A DNA stretch of 64,000 nt from Botryllus schlosseri (lineage: Eukaryota). Under the pieces are notes generated by a model, which was not told the origin of the DNA, made no database searches, and saw only the letters and a program-made list of their open reading frames with translations. Of the stretch, positions 36,052 through 48,372 are shown in pieces (within the stretch, counting starts at the first letter, position 1; each line of letters begins with the position of its first letter). The stretch covers positions 20,398,001-20,462,000 of the forward strand of contig CM119379.1 of the NCBI GenBank assembly GCA_051294905.1, read 5' to 3'. A program made the translations under genes and the position numbers.

Positions 36052-38718
36052 GGTTAAATAGCTGTGTGCTGAATGAAATGTCAGTGAAGTGGTCAAATTA
36101 TGCACCGTTGATACTCGAGTAGAAGTCGAACTAACGTAAAGTAGCGATTTCAGAGGAAACTATTTTTCCAGGCCTGGTTACGCCTAAAAACACCGTAAAC
36201 TATTAAGTAAAAGTATAGTCTAAAGAAAAGCAAACTGCTTGAGTACGCAGTACTTCAATACCCCTAGCAAGTAGAAGAACCTCGTTACTGCTTAGTATAC
36301 TATAGCAATTTGTATTCATAAGGACATCAAATACATACCCAATAATCAATATATAGTATACGGCAGTATGTCATTCACTGAAAACGTATACCGTCAGATA
36401 TTTTCATTTCACGCTGCCGATAAAAATCGCAATGTATTGGCAAGTTGAAACAAGCCAATGATGAATCGCAATATTCATCACTCGTCGACCGCTTCCTCTC
36501 GAACGAAATCGTATACAAGTGCAAGCAACTGTGCTCCGTCTTGAGATATACTGTATCACCCATGTCGCCGTGGGGCGTCGGCCGGTATGGCCTACGGGTA
36601 ATAGGATTACCTCGCATGACCCACACGGGTCTAGTGGTATCGTTATTAATCATAGTCGGCACGCGACTTCTGACAAGGTATAAATAATCCAGACTCGCTC
36701 ATAAGGCGCCAGATCGCACGCGTTCTACTTGATCGCCATTGAGATCTGACTGATGTATTTTTCGGCACACACACAGTATCGTATTGGCCTACGCCTTTTT
36801 GTCATGCCCCGCGCGATAAAAAAGACTAATGAACTCAAATATCAGTTGTCACAGTCTTGGAAAGCATGAAATTTTTCAGTTTTTCCAAATTAGATTAGAA
36901 TCAGAATAATTATAGCTACACAAATTTAGAGTAGTGTTAGAATTACTGAATTCGCCAAAACTTGGACATTGGATGAAATTAAGTTCATATCAAATCTGAG
37001 TTCTCATAAGCATTAGAATAGCAAATGTCTGTACAACGCAGGGGTCAACAACCTTTTTGAAGCCAAGAGCTCTTTCTTGGGTACTGATTGATGCGACGGG
37101 ATACCAGTTACGCCTGCCGTTCATCCGTGATCAGTTGGAATTTTTCACTTGGACATGCAGAGCATTGAGCAGGGATTCCTCCCCTTACCAAGAACAGAAG
37201 ACTCTCGCTCACTGGGACTGACACCAGCGTCTCCGGGCTCCGTTGCGTTGCCGCGCTGTGCGCCGAAGCGCCGATCTCCGCGTCAAGACTAGGGAATATT
37301 AACCAGATTCCCGTTAACGGCGTTAAGCTTCCGCGTGGACGAAAACGAGCAACACCCCGATAGAAAACTGTGTTCGTATGTTCCTTAGGATCGACTGACC
37401 ACTGACTAGTGACCATTGTACAACTGCTGCTCATATGAAACCCTTCTCCGCTTCGACTTTCAAATCTCTCATTTGAATATTTGCTATACTGCGACCGCGG
37501 GCGACTCATTTGGGTCTACCACTAGCCTGGGTGGTGGGTAACCCCTGCTGCACAGTAAGCTTGGTTCGCTTCGCACTATACAGTTTTCCTTCAGCATTTT
37601 CAGGATAACCAGGAATTAGATCAGAATTGAAATTCGAGCATATGGAAACATTTCACAAATTAGATTAGAATTACACGACCGTCACTTCGCTCTAATTAGT
37701 CCAATTATGCAACTAGAATTATCTAATTGTGTAAGTCTGGTCACAGCAGCTGTCTCTCTCGGGTGGCCGAAACTTTAAAAACTTAAGATAACAACTACGA
37801 TGGTTGCTGATATTTGTGCGATAGTTTTACAATCAACTGACCCGATAATAAATGTCTATTGTCCGAACGAGATCCGTTTTACATCTAAACCCGTCCTGAA
37901 TATTTTGCGTTGGGTTATTATTTTGGGCTCTCGGATTTTCGAACACAGTTGAAAGTTCAGGTGTGGCTGCGAGGAAGTGCTTCTCCATAGGGCGCTGTGA
38001 CGAGTGACGCGATAAACGCGTTGGGCTCGAGTTACTATGAAGTTTGCGTGGTATTCAACCGCGCGCACCCACCACTCGAAGATGAGGCTATATACAGTGG
38101 CTTGAAAACTTGGAATTTGTTGATTTTGACTTGCGCTCAAAGTCTGGTTTTCGCTAATCGTCGGGGTATCAAAATTCGGTTGCACTTCCCAGCCGTGGAA
38201 TAGGAATACATTTATGAACTCAAACACCAGGGTCATCATGTATTAGTCTCGTTTTTTTAACGAAAAAATGAGTTAGGCGAGGAGGCAATCCGCTTTTAAC
38301 CTCTAACGAGGTGAATTATAGGCTCTTTTCTTTGACCGGGTTTGTTTTCTCGCTCGTAAATCTTATCATTTCCGATTCGGATTGGTTTCCCCGGTTTCGT
38401 ATTGATTGCATTTCTCGAATAACGGAAAGGATTAAATGTTTACTCCTCAGCATGGATATACTGTTACAGAAGTTATGAGCTGTTGTGCACTACAGCAGTG
38501 CGTGGCTCGCTAGGGTTGAAAATACCGCGCCGATGGGTGGCATTGTACCGCACGGGTTTGAGGATATTCCTGCTCGTTACGCAGCTCAAAGAAAACAGTT
38601 CTTATTCACCTGCATGATGCTATGCGCCTGGAAACACCCTATCACATGTATCATCTGTATTCTATGACGAAGCCACGCTTGAGAAAAAATGAATTAATTC
38701 AATATTAATGACCTATAA

Positions 38719-38948
38719 CAGTGGTTCTCAAACAGGTAAATTTCGAGAGACGTTGGGGGGGGTGCGAAAAATGTGGAAGTACTGAAGTATACCAAAAAAA
38801 CTACATGCGTAAGCGGATATAACATACTTGAATACTACGGAAAATAGAAGGATAACCTTACGAATGACGTTTAGTCTTTAGGGAAGGGGGTAAAGATATG
38901 TTGAGCTTGAGAAGAGGGCGGTGAGTCAAAAAAGTTTGGCAGCCACTG
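38719..38948. mobile_element. Degenerate hAT MITE
   Basis: CAGTGGTTCTCAAAC ... AAAAAGTTTGGCAGCCACTG. TSD only 5/8. Confidence 0.5.
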
Positions 38949-40086
38949 AACTGTACACTTTGCTGCGCACTGTATATTCTATTGCCGTATGTGTATATTA
39001 TATGTTATACACGATCACAAACTTATGTGAAAATATAATATGCCGTTAAGAAGAGCTTGGTATATTTAAAAACATAAATAGGGATATATTTCGTCGTTTT
39101 AGCATACGGGATGTAAAATTGTCCCATGATCTAAAGTGGGGCCCGACCTAATTCAACTGTTATGGCCCGGTTAATTAATTTGTTAGTTCCTTGCCATTAG
39201 CAAGCTTTAATTACGAAGTATAGGTAGTTCTATAATTGGAAAATCAACTTTTTGTATCGTATATAGTAATTGTATATATCACGATTATTAAAATCCGATT
39301 ATGTAAATCTATCTCTGCAACCGCTATTGAAGAGGTCAACGCGGGCAGAATAACAAGGATCGCCTCAAGTTCAGCTCGGAAGCTTTTAGCCGTTTCCCAC
39401 AACGCATACCCCGCTACCGCCGCACCTGGCGCGAAATATTTTGAGCGCGTGTTTTGATTCGCTGACTGGTCGCACGTAGCGATCATTGGAATAAGCTGGG
39501 CCCCCGAGACGTACTGTTGACTTTCGACATGGCTTTATAATTGCGAGCGGGGATTTGCCATGCAAGACCACCTTGCGCACGTATATACCCTCACATCGCT
39601 TTATATTGAGAGATTGAAAGTTTGTTGGGGTTACTTGACGCTGTCACGGGCAGTTGATAGCTCCAACGGTACTTAAGGATTAGTACCATGGTGGAAATTA
39701 TAACTGGTATTGGAGGGGGCCGCACTACTTAGTGTTTTGATAGCTGGGTGACTCCTTAAAGTGGAGAATTATACAAATTGATGTTTTGGCTATCTCGGGG
39801 ATAGTATATAATCAAGCACACGGGGTAGATAATGAATGAAATGGAATCCAGCGTTTATGGTCAAAGAACACGAGCTGCTGAAACAGTCGCTTATCAATGG
39901 TAAAGTTCCCTCGCTCTGCCTGAGTTTTAGGCCGGTGTGAGACTTCGTTCCCAAACTGTTTCAGCTTGTGGCAGAATTGTAAAATTATAAAATGCTGACA
40001 GCACACTTACAAGAGAAGAAACGTTGCTTTAAAAATATTATTTTCCCGCGTTAATGTGATGAATTTGCATGTTTGTTTATACGAAC

Positions 40087-40122
40087 TAGGGATATCCTAA
40101 TGTAGATATCTAGATATCCCCG
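40087..40122. mobile_element. 36-bp degenerate hAT-type micro-element
   Basis: TAGGGATATCCTAATGTAGATATCTAGATATCCCCG. TSD ATACGAAC / ATACAAAC (7/8). Same terminal family as 5027 and 11354. Confidence 0.65.
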
Positions 40123-42676
40123 ATACAAACATACGACGAAACAAGGTTGCAGTGTTGACAAACACACCCGCGTTTCGTCGTCAATTTCAACCAGTTGCGC
40201 TCGTTTACAGCTTTTACTAATAGTTAAAACAGACAGGCTATGTTCACATAGCCACGACGATACAAATGACTATATAATTTTGATTTCTTCTTGCACCCAT
40301 CAAGGAATAGGATTGAAAGCGAACAGCTAAAGCTCGTCATTTTTTTATATTACCGATGTAGAAAAACCGGGTCGATTCGTAAAGCAATCAGCTCTTCATC
40401 ATCTTCTGCCGAAAGATTGCTTGATTCATTGACTGCAAATGGATTAACTATACGCATCTTATGTTAACGACACATTCTGGGCAGTAATGTTGCAGACGAT
40501 GCCCATTATATTTGCGGAAAGATAGCTTGTTTATGAGCTGATTCATTAAGAACGATAATGAAGCAGAGACATGTTTCGAGACCTTGGTTCGTTTGAAATA
40601 AGTATACCGTACGTTTCCAAAAGGATTCGCGACACACAGTTTAGGGATTACTGTCCTGGACACTATAATTTGGACATACGACTAGCCACTAATCCTGTGG
40701 CGGCAACTTCTCCAGTTGGCGGGCCGGATATGGGAAAATCAAGTATTTGCGGACCGGATACCTGAATCGATATATTAATCGCGTATTTATCCACTTATAA
40801 AACGAGGAAATCGTATTAAATATAAACTATAAATTTAAAGCGTAGAGACCAAAAACAGTATTCAATTAATATATTTGCGTAAAAGTTCTTCAATAGCTGT
40901 TGAAGTCAATGAGACATCTGTGGTCGATCAATGTTGTCAACCAGTTTTTTCAACTGAATAAACTGTGTCCGCGGACCGCATTATTATTAAGACACAATAA
41001 CATAATTAAGACCGGATACTGTCTGCTGGTCGCCCAAAATCCAGTCGGGTGGCTGTATGTTTCCCGTCCCTGACATATAGCGGTAATTTAATTACTATAC
41101 TCCTACGCCAAATATATCTGGATATATATTCGACGCGTCGCATGCCCATGGCGATTTTGAACTTTATATTCGATTTCGATAGTTGCTTATGAAGTCCACG
41201 GAAATTTTGTTGTTGGGATTCGTTCGCCACCCGGTCTGACGTACCCGCGCATGATTGTCGGGGTGTGTTCGCAAAACATGTCGTCGTCGGAATCATGATC
41301 GACCGCATAAGCAAACAGAGACGGTCCGCCACGGGTCGGCTTGTTCCTGGAATTTGTGATTGATCGCAGACCCGGTATAAAGCGACATTGTTTGTTTTAC
41401 GGAACTAAGCTTGCATGCTGGTTGAGAGTGAATGATACCTTCCCGGGTATGATATTCCGTATTTGCATTCGAAATATGTTGGCCGATCGCGTATGGAAGG
41501 TCGAACTCTCGATAAACTTTGAGGTGGAACCGCACGTCACACGCCCGTATGATTGCTACTGGGGTGTACTTGTACACAACTACTTAACCTTAGGTGATAG
41601 GGCAATTGCGATTGCTTACATGTTTATGTTCCGACAAATGTCAAATTTTACAATATTTTACTGGCGCTCTTTAATTATAATTAAATTACTAACCTGCGGT
41701 TTGATGTGAGACACGTGACTGCACGGTTCGCCAACTGAATACGGCTACGACTTTCTGATTGCTCCGTAAACAGCCATATCTATAATTAGTTGGCGACCCG
41801 AACGCAATATTTATTAAATTAGGTCTTAATAAACGAAAGCTACGATCGCACTGATTTCAAAACTACATATTATTATATCGTCAGGACACCGCAACCCCCC
41901 TAAAGTGCCCTTATAGGTAGGAAACCAGCCTCGTTACGGGCAATCAGAGCTTCGCGATTCTATGACCTTGACCATTGACCATAAGAGATACCGATTATGG
42001 CGCCCCGCGGGGCGATCGCGATCGTTCGTAACAGCACTGTTTTCCGACTGCGAGGGCGATTTAGAGAATATTCCAGTGCCCTGACCAGATAATAATATAT
42101 CTTTTCGGAATCAGTGTAACTATAGGTTTACTGAATCAAGTATTACAGTACCAAAATGTTTACGAGGCTACCAGAAGTTGCTAGCCGTGACGCCATCTTC
42201 AACAGTATATGTATTTCGCGTGCTTCGAGATCGCGCGATGGGCCATTCATAAAACCGTCTCTAATCCACAGCGTGTTAAATGTAACTGCGATAATATTCT
42301 GTTAATCGCACTGTTCCTCGTGGGAAAAGACTTACGAGAAGTGACCAGTGATCCGATTACGTTATAAATCCGCAGGAGATTCAGCACCGGCTGGGATATT
42401 GAGAGTGCGAATGAGCATGGTTCGGTTTGGCGATTTTGTTAGCACCATGACAACGAGTCCGTATACTTTCGATTTATCAAATTGCATACCTCACAAAATC
42501 GCTCGCTGACAAATATATCTATTCAATCTCAAATGACGACTCACTAACCCTGGCCAAAGATGGCGACTAAAATGGATATAGGATGACACAAAATAATCGC
42601 CAGTTGTTTACGGGTTATGGTATATTCATCATGTACATATTTTAGTGATTCTAGTATTTTGGGCCTTCTGTTAGAC

Positions 42677-43251
42677 CAGTGGTTCTTAACCTGGGGGTAA
42701 TTACCCCCAAAGGGGTAATTTACCAAATTTTTTTTTTGGGTAGGGGGGTAATAGACATTTTTTTTAGAACTTGTAACGCTGCACTGAAATATTTTGAGAC
42801 GTAAATATGAATGTAGGCTAACTTTTATTTCTGCGCGCTTGTATATATTTTGTTTCACTTAACACACCATGCCTGCTGTGATTTCATATTAACCACTAGT
42901 GATTATGAATAACAGGGTCGAATGTAGGGTCATTGAACTTGTTGCCGTGAAATAGGATTTTCTGCAATGGTATCTATCAAAACGAAGTATCGAAATAAGT
43001 TTGCGATTGACAATTACATGAGATGATGTCTATTATCCTCCCTTTTGTCTAGATGTGACCACCGGATAACACAAAAAGAGCTTCAGCCTTCCCATTGACA
43101 TGATATTTTCAACAGGAATTTCAGTGTACATTATGACGTCACGTTATGATGTGATATTATGATGACGTCACGTTATTTTTTGAAAAGGGGTAATTGCATC
43201 CCATCATTTTCTTCTTGGGGGTAACGATATGAAAAAGGTTAAGAACCACTG
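42677..43251. mobile_element. hAT MITE
   Basis: Perfect 16-bp TIR CAGTGGTTCTTAACCT. Perfect TSD TGTTAGAC. Confidence 0.9.
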
Positions 43252-44764
43252 TGTTAGACTATAAGCCGAATTCCAAAGCCATTTGGCCGATCGTACACCA
43301 TTCAAAATGTATACAATAACAGACTGCAGCTTGCATACTCTTGCTCTACGATAGGTCAGCACCACCACCAATACGGATAAAGTGTGGTTGTAAGCTGGAG
43401 AAAACTTCCATTCACTGTGATGCCAATGCCAATAGGTAGGCTATACCCTCGACCTGCTCGTCGGCCCAAATTGCTCTGTGATCCCAATAAAGGCGTCTGT
43501 ATCATCCACAGAAATGAAGTCAAACGTGACTGCGATAAATAAAATATATTTTTTCCGTATGAAATCAAAAAATAAGGTGCAGGCTTAGTTGCTTGCCAAT
43601 GCCGCGTTCTAACGAAAGGTATATATACTATATACATGTTATTTCGTTAACTTTTAATAGCGACGTAACATTGTTGAGATTCAATCTCGGTATGAACATG
43701 AGATGCATTCTTCACACACCTACATGGCTGCATATTTTACAGGGTGTTCGATGCAATGATCGACGGATATTTTGATACAAAGCTTCACTCCATCTCAACA
43801 AGAAAACATCTATGTCAAATGACATTTTATTTTACGAAGGATGTGTCTTTTCAATGTCATGCGTCGTAACCCTGCCCTGGTATGGATGTTGAATAGTTTT
43901 GCATTTGCACAAGGGTCCTATAGTCTGGACAGGTAATTATGTCTCGGCGTTGGAATACCGACTGTAATCCATAGCAGGCTCACCTGCTGCGGTGGATAAA
44001 GATCTTATTCCGCCCAAGTGTTATGTGTTATGTAAATCTGATCCTGCACCGGCTCCTGGACCTTACCAACTGGCCTACGTCATATTATTTTAAAAATATT
44101 ATTAGCAAGTGCTTTTGAATCTCCCATCTCTGAAGGAAATCGCTGGTTCCAACCACTCGATTGCTTCACTGACATTATATGTGATACTGCATTTTCAATC
44201 TGTCGAATGCTAGGAATGTTCTACATTTCTACCACCCGACCGCGCTGTTACCAGAGATGTGTACGTCGCTGATTACACGCGACATGTATCAGTCACTATT
44301 CACGAATAAGTGACAATCAGTTTACGTTCGCACAAGTGTTCATTTAATTATTATTGTTATTCTACGTGCAGTGTGCAATGCTAAATCACGGTACTACAAT
44401 ACATGTTCATTGGCCGCATATTTTGTGAATTTGTGATTCCATTTGCTGTGGTCATCGAAGGATTCGCAGAGTTCGTATTCATGTAATGACGCGAGCGATC
44501 GGTGAATTCACATTCATAGGGTTATTACCAGTAAGTTCACGCGACACGCAGGTATCGCAAGATCAAATTCACGCATTCGAGGCCCGCGCTGATAATAATT
44601 GGTCTCCGTCCGGGTACGAGAGTCTTGCGATAGCCAACCGCAGGGTTGACAGACAGCTTATAATAAAAACACCCTAACAGTGTCGAAAAAGGGCCAAATT
44701 GTTCAATAACGTTGTTAATGATACGTAGTACATTATACCGTTAAAACGTCAATGACGTAGCAAC

Positions 44765-46029
44765 TAGGGTTGGATTATCCGGATAACGGTGAACCGATTA
44801 ACCGTAGGTTTTTTTCTATCCGATATCCGGATATAATTCTTCCGGTTAACCGGTTTAAAGGGTATCGTTGCTAATGCGTTTTACACTTTTTAGTATGTTT
44901 CAATAACTCGTATTATTATCAGTGTTGCGCGCGGCCAATTAGCGAGAAGCGTGTTGCCAATTAGCGAGATTCGTCGTGATCTCCCGCTGAGATGATCGCG
45001 TAATTATGCTATTGATTGCCGCGCGCTGGGCAATCGTCGCTGGCCTGATTATCGCGTCTTCAACAAGCCTAGTTCCGCTGGCTTGAAGAATCGTATCTGC
45101 AAAAGGCCCTGTGCAGTATGCACACTATACCATCGCTGACATGTACAATCGCATCTGCATTGGCTCGGTGTCCACGATATCATCGCTGGCCTACGCAATC
45201 GCATCTGAAATAGGCCTGGTACGAAAGATATCATCGCTGGCTTAGCTATCGCGTCTCGGGCCCAGCATGCGTTAGCTCGTATCTGTCGATGACTTGAAGA
45301 TGGAGACAATATGCCGTTGAGTGTGTGCTGATTAGCGATTGTGATTAAAGTGACATCGCTTGCAAACATGTTTCGTGTGTGCACGCGTCATTGATTTCCG
45401 TTGATACTTAGTTCGAAAGAAATAGCAGCCGCCCATTTTATTTCAAATCCCCCTTGTTTTTCGGCTGGCTACGCGCCTGATCACATGAATTTCTCAAGGA
45501 GGAATTAGAGCGAGCTATCACGTCGGCATCAATTCCAGTATCAGCGACTCGTCCTTCCAGTACTCCAAACCTAAACAGAAGAATGGTCCAAAAGGAATGA
45601 AAAGTCTTTGAAGCTTCTGGGAAACGACATGCCAACCTTTACACTCTCTACGAAGCGCTGCTTACTATTCAGCTCACTTCTGTGGAAGAAGAAAGAGCAT
45701 TCAATGCATGCGGACTCTTTGTTACAAAACTCGGGTCCCGTCCACAGGACTATACAATTTATGCACTGTGCTTTATAAGGAGGGCGTTGCAGAAGCAGTG
45801 AACATTAAATTTGCGTGATTTTTCCCGTATTCGCTCGTACTGCGCGTGTACTCGTAGATCTACAATAATACTGTGTAATGATTTTACGATCCATTTTGCA
45901 TGCAAACCTCGAGAAATCGATTGTCTCACTAAGCAGTTCTTATCCGGTTAACGGGTTAGATAAATTCCAAATAAACAGATATATACGTTATCCGGATAGG
46001 GAAAATTATGAATATCCGAACTAACCCTA
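44765..46029 (+). mobile_element. Deleted hAT transposon with transposase C-terminal relic
   Basis: Ends TAGGGTT / AACCCTA with ATCCGGAT/TTAACCG subterminal repeats. About 45490-45801 reads KEELERA...QKE*KVFEASGKRHANLYTLYEALLTIQLTSVEEERAFNACGLFVTKLGSRPQDYTIYALCFIRR*, the hAT dimerisation domain. TSD degenerate (5/8). Confidence 0.8.
45035..45257. repeat. Five bipartite repeats CATCGCTGGC-N6-7-ATCGCRTCT separated by variable sequence
   Basis: Units start at 45035, 45073, 45131, 45181 and 45232 (spacing 38, 58, 50, 51 nt). Confidence 0.7.
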
Positions 46030-47697
46030 GTTGAACCATTAGTACATTACCCATAGTCAATCACTGGGAATTCCAGATTTATATTATTAATACTTCTGTA
46101 TATGACATCAAATCCACTACAACTGTGAATAGTATTGTAGGTCGCCGAATCCAACCACAATAACTGATGTTATTTCAAGCCTTTTCCAACTGAAAATAAA
46201 ATCGTAAAATAAAACTTATACCCTTATCATAACCCTAACTGCTCATCCAGTTATGTCATACTCATAAATTTATTTAGCTTATGGCAAAACACTACAAAAA
46301 CTGAATTGAACGAATCTTGTGTTCGAGAGGTAAGGGTTGCCTGATAACTATTGATAAAGAGCTGTCTAAAAATTCCTAAAAACACTTTTCAGTGTGATAG
46401 TATGTGCCAAGTGCCAACTGCTTCCAAGAAGAACCAAATATTGAAAGATAGTCAGCATAGGGCATATGATTCCCACGAATGATTTCACCACTATTTTTCC
46501 GGCAGTCAAGGTTCAACATATCCGGTATGCGTTCGCTCAATTTGGCTCATCATTGACATAAACTTATGTAATAATGCAGAGAACAACGACCACTTTCTGT
46601 TAGAATTGGACAGGATTCGGGCAAAATATATTTCACGTCCCCTCCTTAAAAACAATCCATATGTCTACAGCCAATCTAGAATCTCCCGAGACCCACTTCA
46701 TTCTTTCCTAATGGGTTCGCTTTAAGCCTACTTTTCGCCGTTTAGGTTAATCCTATCTAAATTGGAGATCTTTCAATTGCCGCACACCTCACTTACGGTT
46801 GTATGTTAGAAGGATAGTCACCGCATGTACAGGAACAACAGCTGTAACTGTTTAAAGGTGCTCAAGTAGGTTTTGGACTAGTTCTACTTTAACAGTTTTC
46901 CAAGCGCAAATGCAACTACCTTTTTTAAAATACTGTTAAGTAGAAACCAGTATTGCCATTGGTTTGCATCGTAGTTATAACTGAAATCGTTATTGAAACC
47001 GGGTGCTGTAATTTCTGGTAGCTACTATAATCTGCACCTATTTGAAGCAACTGTCATTCTGCGTTACGACGAAGGTCCATCTTGGGATTTCGAATACTCT
47101 TATATGCGATTGACTAACAAACCTCTTGGAATTCTGGTCTTAATCTACTTCTTTAGACTCATGTACCTTTGAGATCGTTCCTTTCCTACTTGAAGTATAG
47201 TTTGTTAAAAATCTATAATTCTACTTGTAATTGAGTAGAAATAAATTCCATTACTTCTACAGCCGTGTTTGTGTTAATCTGCATTTATAATAGAGTATAG
47301 CCAGCCACATAGTAGGCGTATGGCTGTTGGCCTATTACATTTGTACCATGACTTCATTAGCCTTGAAGCAACGTCCGCCATTTTGCCAAATTTGTGCTAC
47401 AGGTATGGAGAACGCGCCCACTCGTAATGAAGAGGTCTGATAAGATTTATTTAATTCATACTGTACCGATTTAATACTAATTACACATCTTCTTGTGATA
47501 TGTTATTATTATAGTCGTTATGAGTGTTTAGTCTTGTGGTATGTTCGATGAGTGGCTTTGTATGCGGAAAAAGTCAAGTGTGTCGTACTTGTGGAGCGGT
47601 CGTCGCCAGTGTTTGCTGTAGACTTGTAGTCTGCTTAATGCTGAAATTACCTTGGAAATGAAGTTTCTGCTTTGCGTCAGCATACAAGTATCTAAAC

Positions 47698-48372
47698 ATG
47701 GGGTCGCCAACTCAAACCGGCTCGCGGGCCTCTTTCAAGTTTCGTAGAGGACGCGGGCCACATGAATTCGATATCGAGATCAAAATAGGCCACGCGGTTT
47801 AACACCGCGTCAGTACAACGCCGTGCGTTCTGACATGGGCGATGGGCATAGTTACCACGAAAGAAAAAATATATTTTGATAACTAATACAAAAGCAACAA
47901 AAATATCTTGATCATCACTTTCATTCGATTTTGAACTATATGATCTGCGCACGATACCTGACCACATTTTTCAACGACTAAAGAATAGATATTGGTGTTA
48001 GCTAGACACGGTGTTTGCTGGAAAACCATCGTCTCGTGAAGCTTGCTCAATGCTCATGTGGCGAAGCCCTAAGTCGTTTCCTAATTGTCTCGGTCTCGGC
48101 AGTGTCACCGCCATTATGCGTCAAGGCAATATGCCTAATGCCCATTCACACCAGCTAATTCTTCCTCCATGGAATGTTATTACCATCGCCGAGGCCGTAT
48201 CAGCTAGTGAGGAATAGTGGTGGTCGGCGCAGGAGAATAGCTTATTTTGAACAACGACAACAATATTTTTAAACAGATGAATGAATTTCAGTACTAGGCG
48301 TTCTTCCGAAATCTGAAATCATATCGCGGACCGCAAAATATCACCTCGTGGGCCGCGTGTTGGTGACCCCTG
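47698..48372. mobile_element. hAT (Charlie-like) MITE
   Basis: Ends (AT)GGGGTCGCCAAC / GTTGGTGACCCCTG. Perfect TSD ATCTAAAC. Confidence 0.85.

Noticed and set aside
37108-37509. 133-aa minus-strand ORF
   Set aside because: No recognisable domain or splice context, and it directly follows a hAT left end at 37039. Probably repeat-internal.
42415-42455. miR-29-like seed TAGCACCAT in a putative hairpin
   Set aside because: Only 5-6 bp pair, and the sequence after the seed does not match miR-29.
45035-45257. CRISPR array
   Set aside because: Repeats are degenerate and bipartite with irregular spacing, there are no cas genes, and the array lies inside a eukaryotic transposon derivative.
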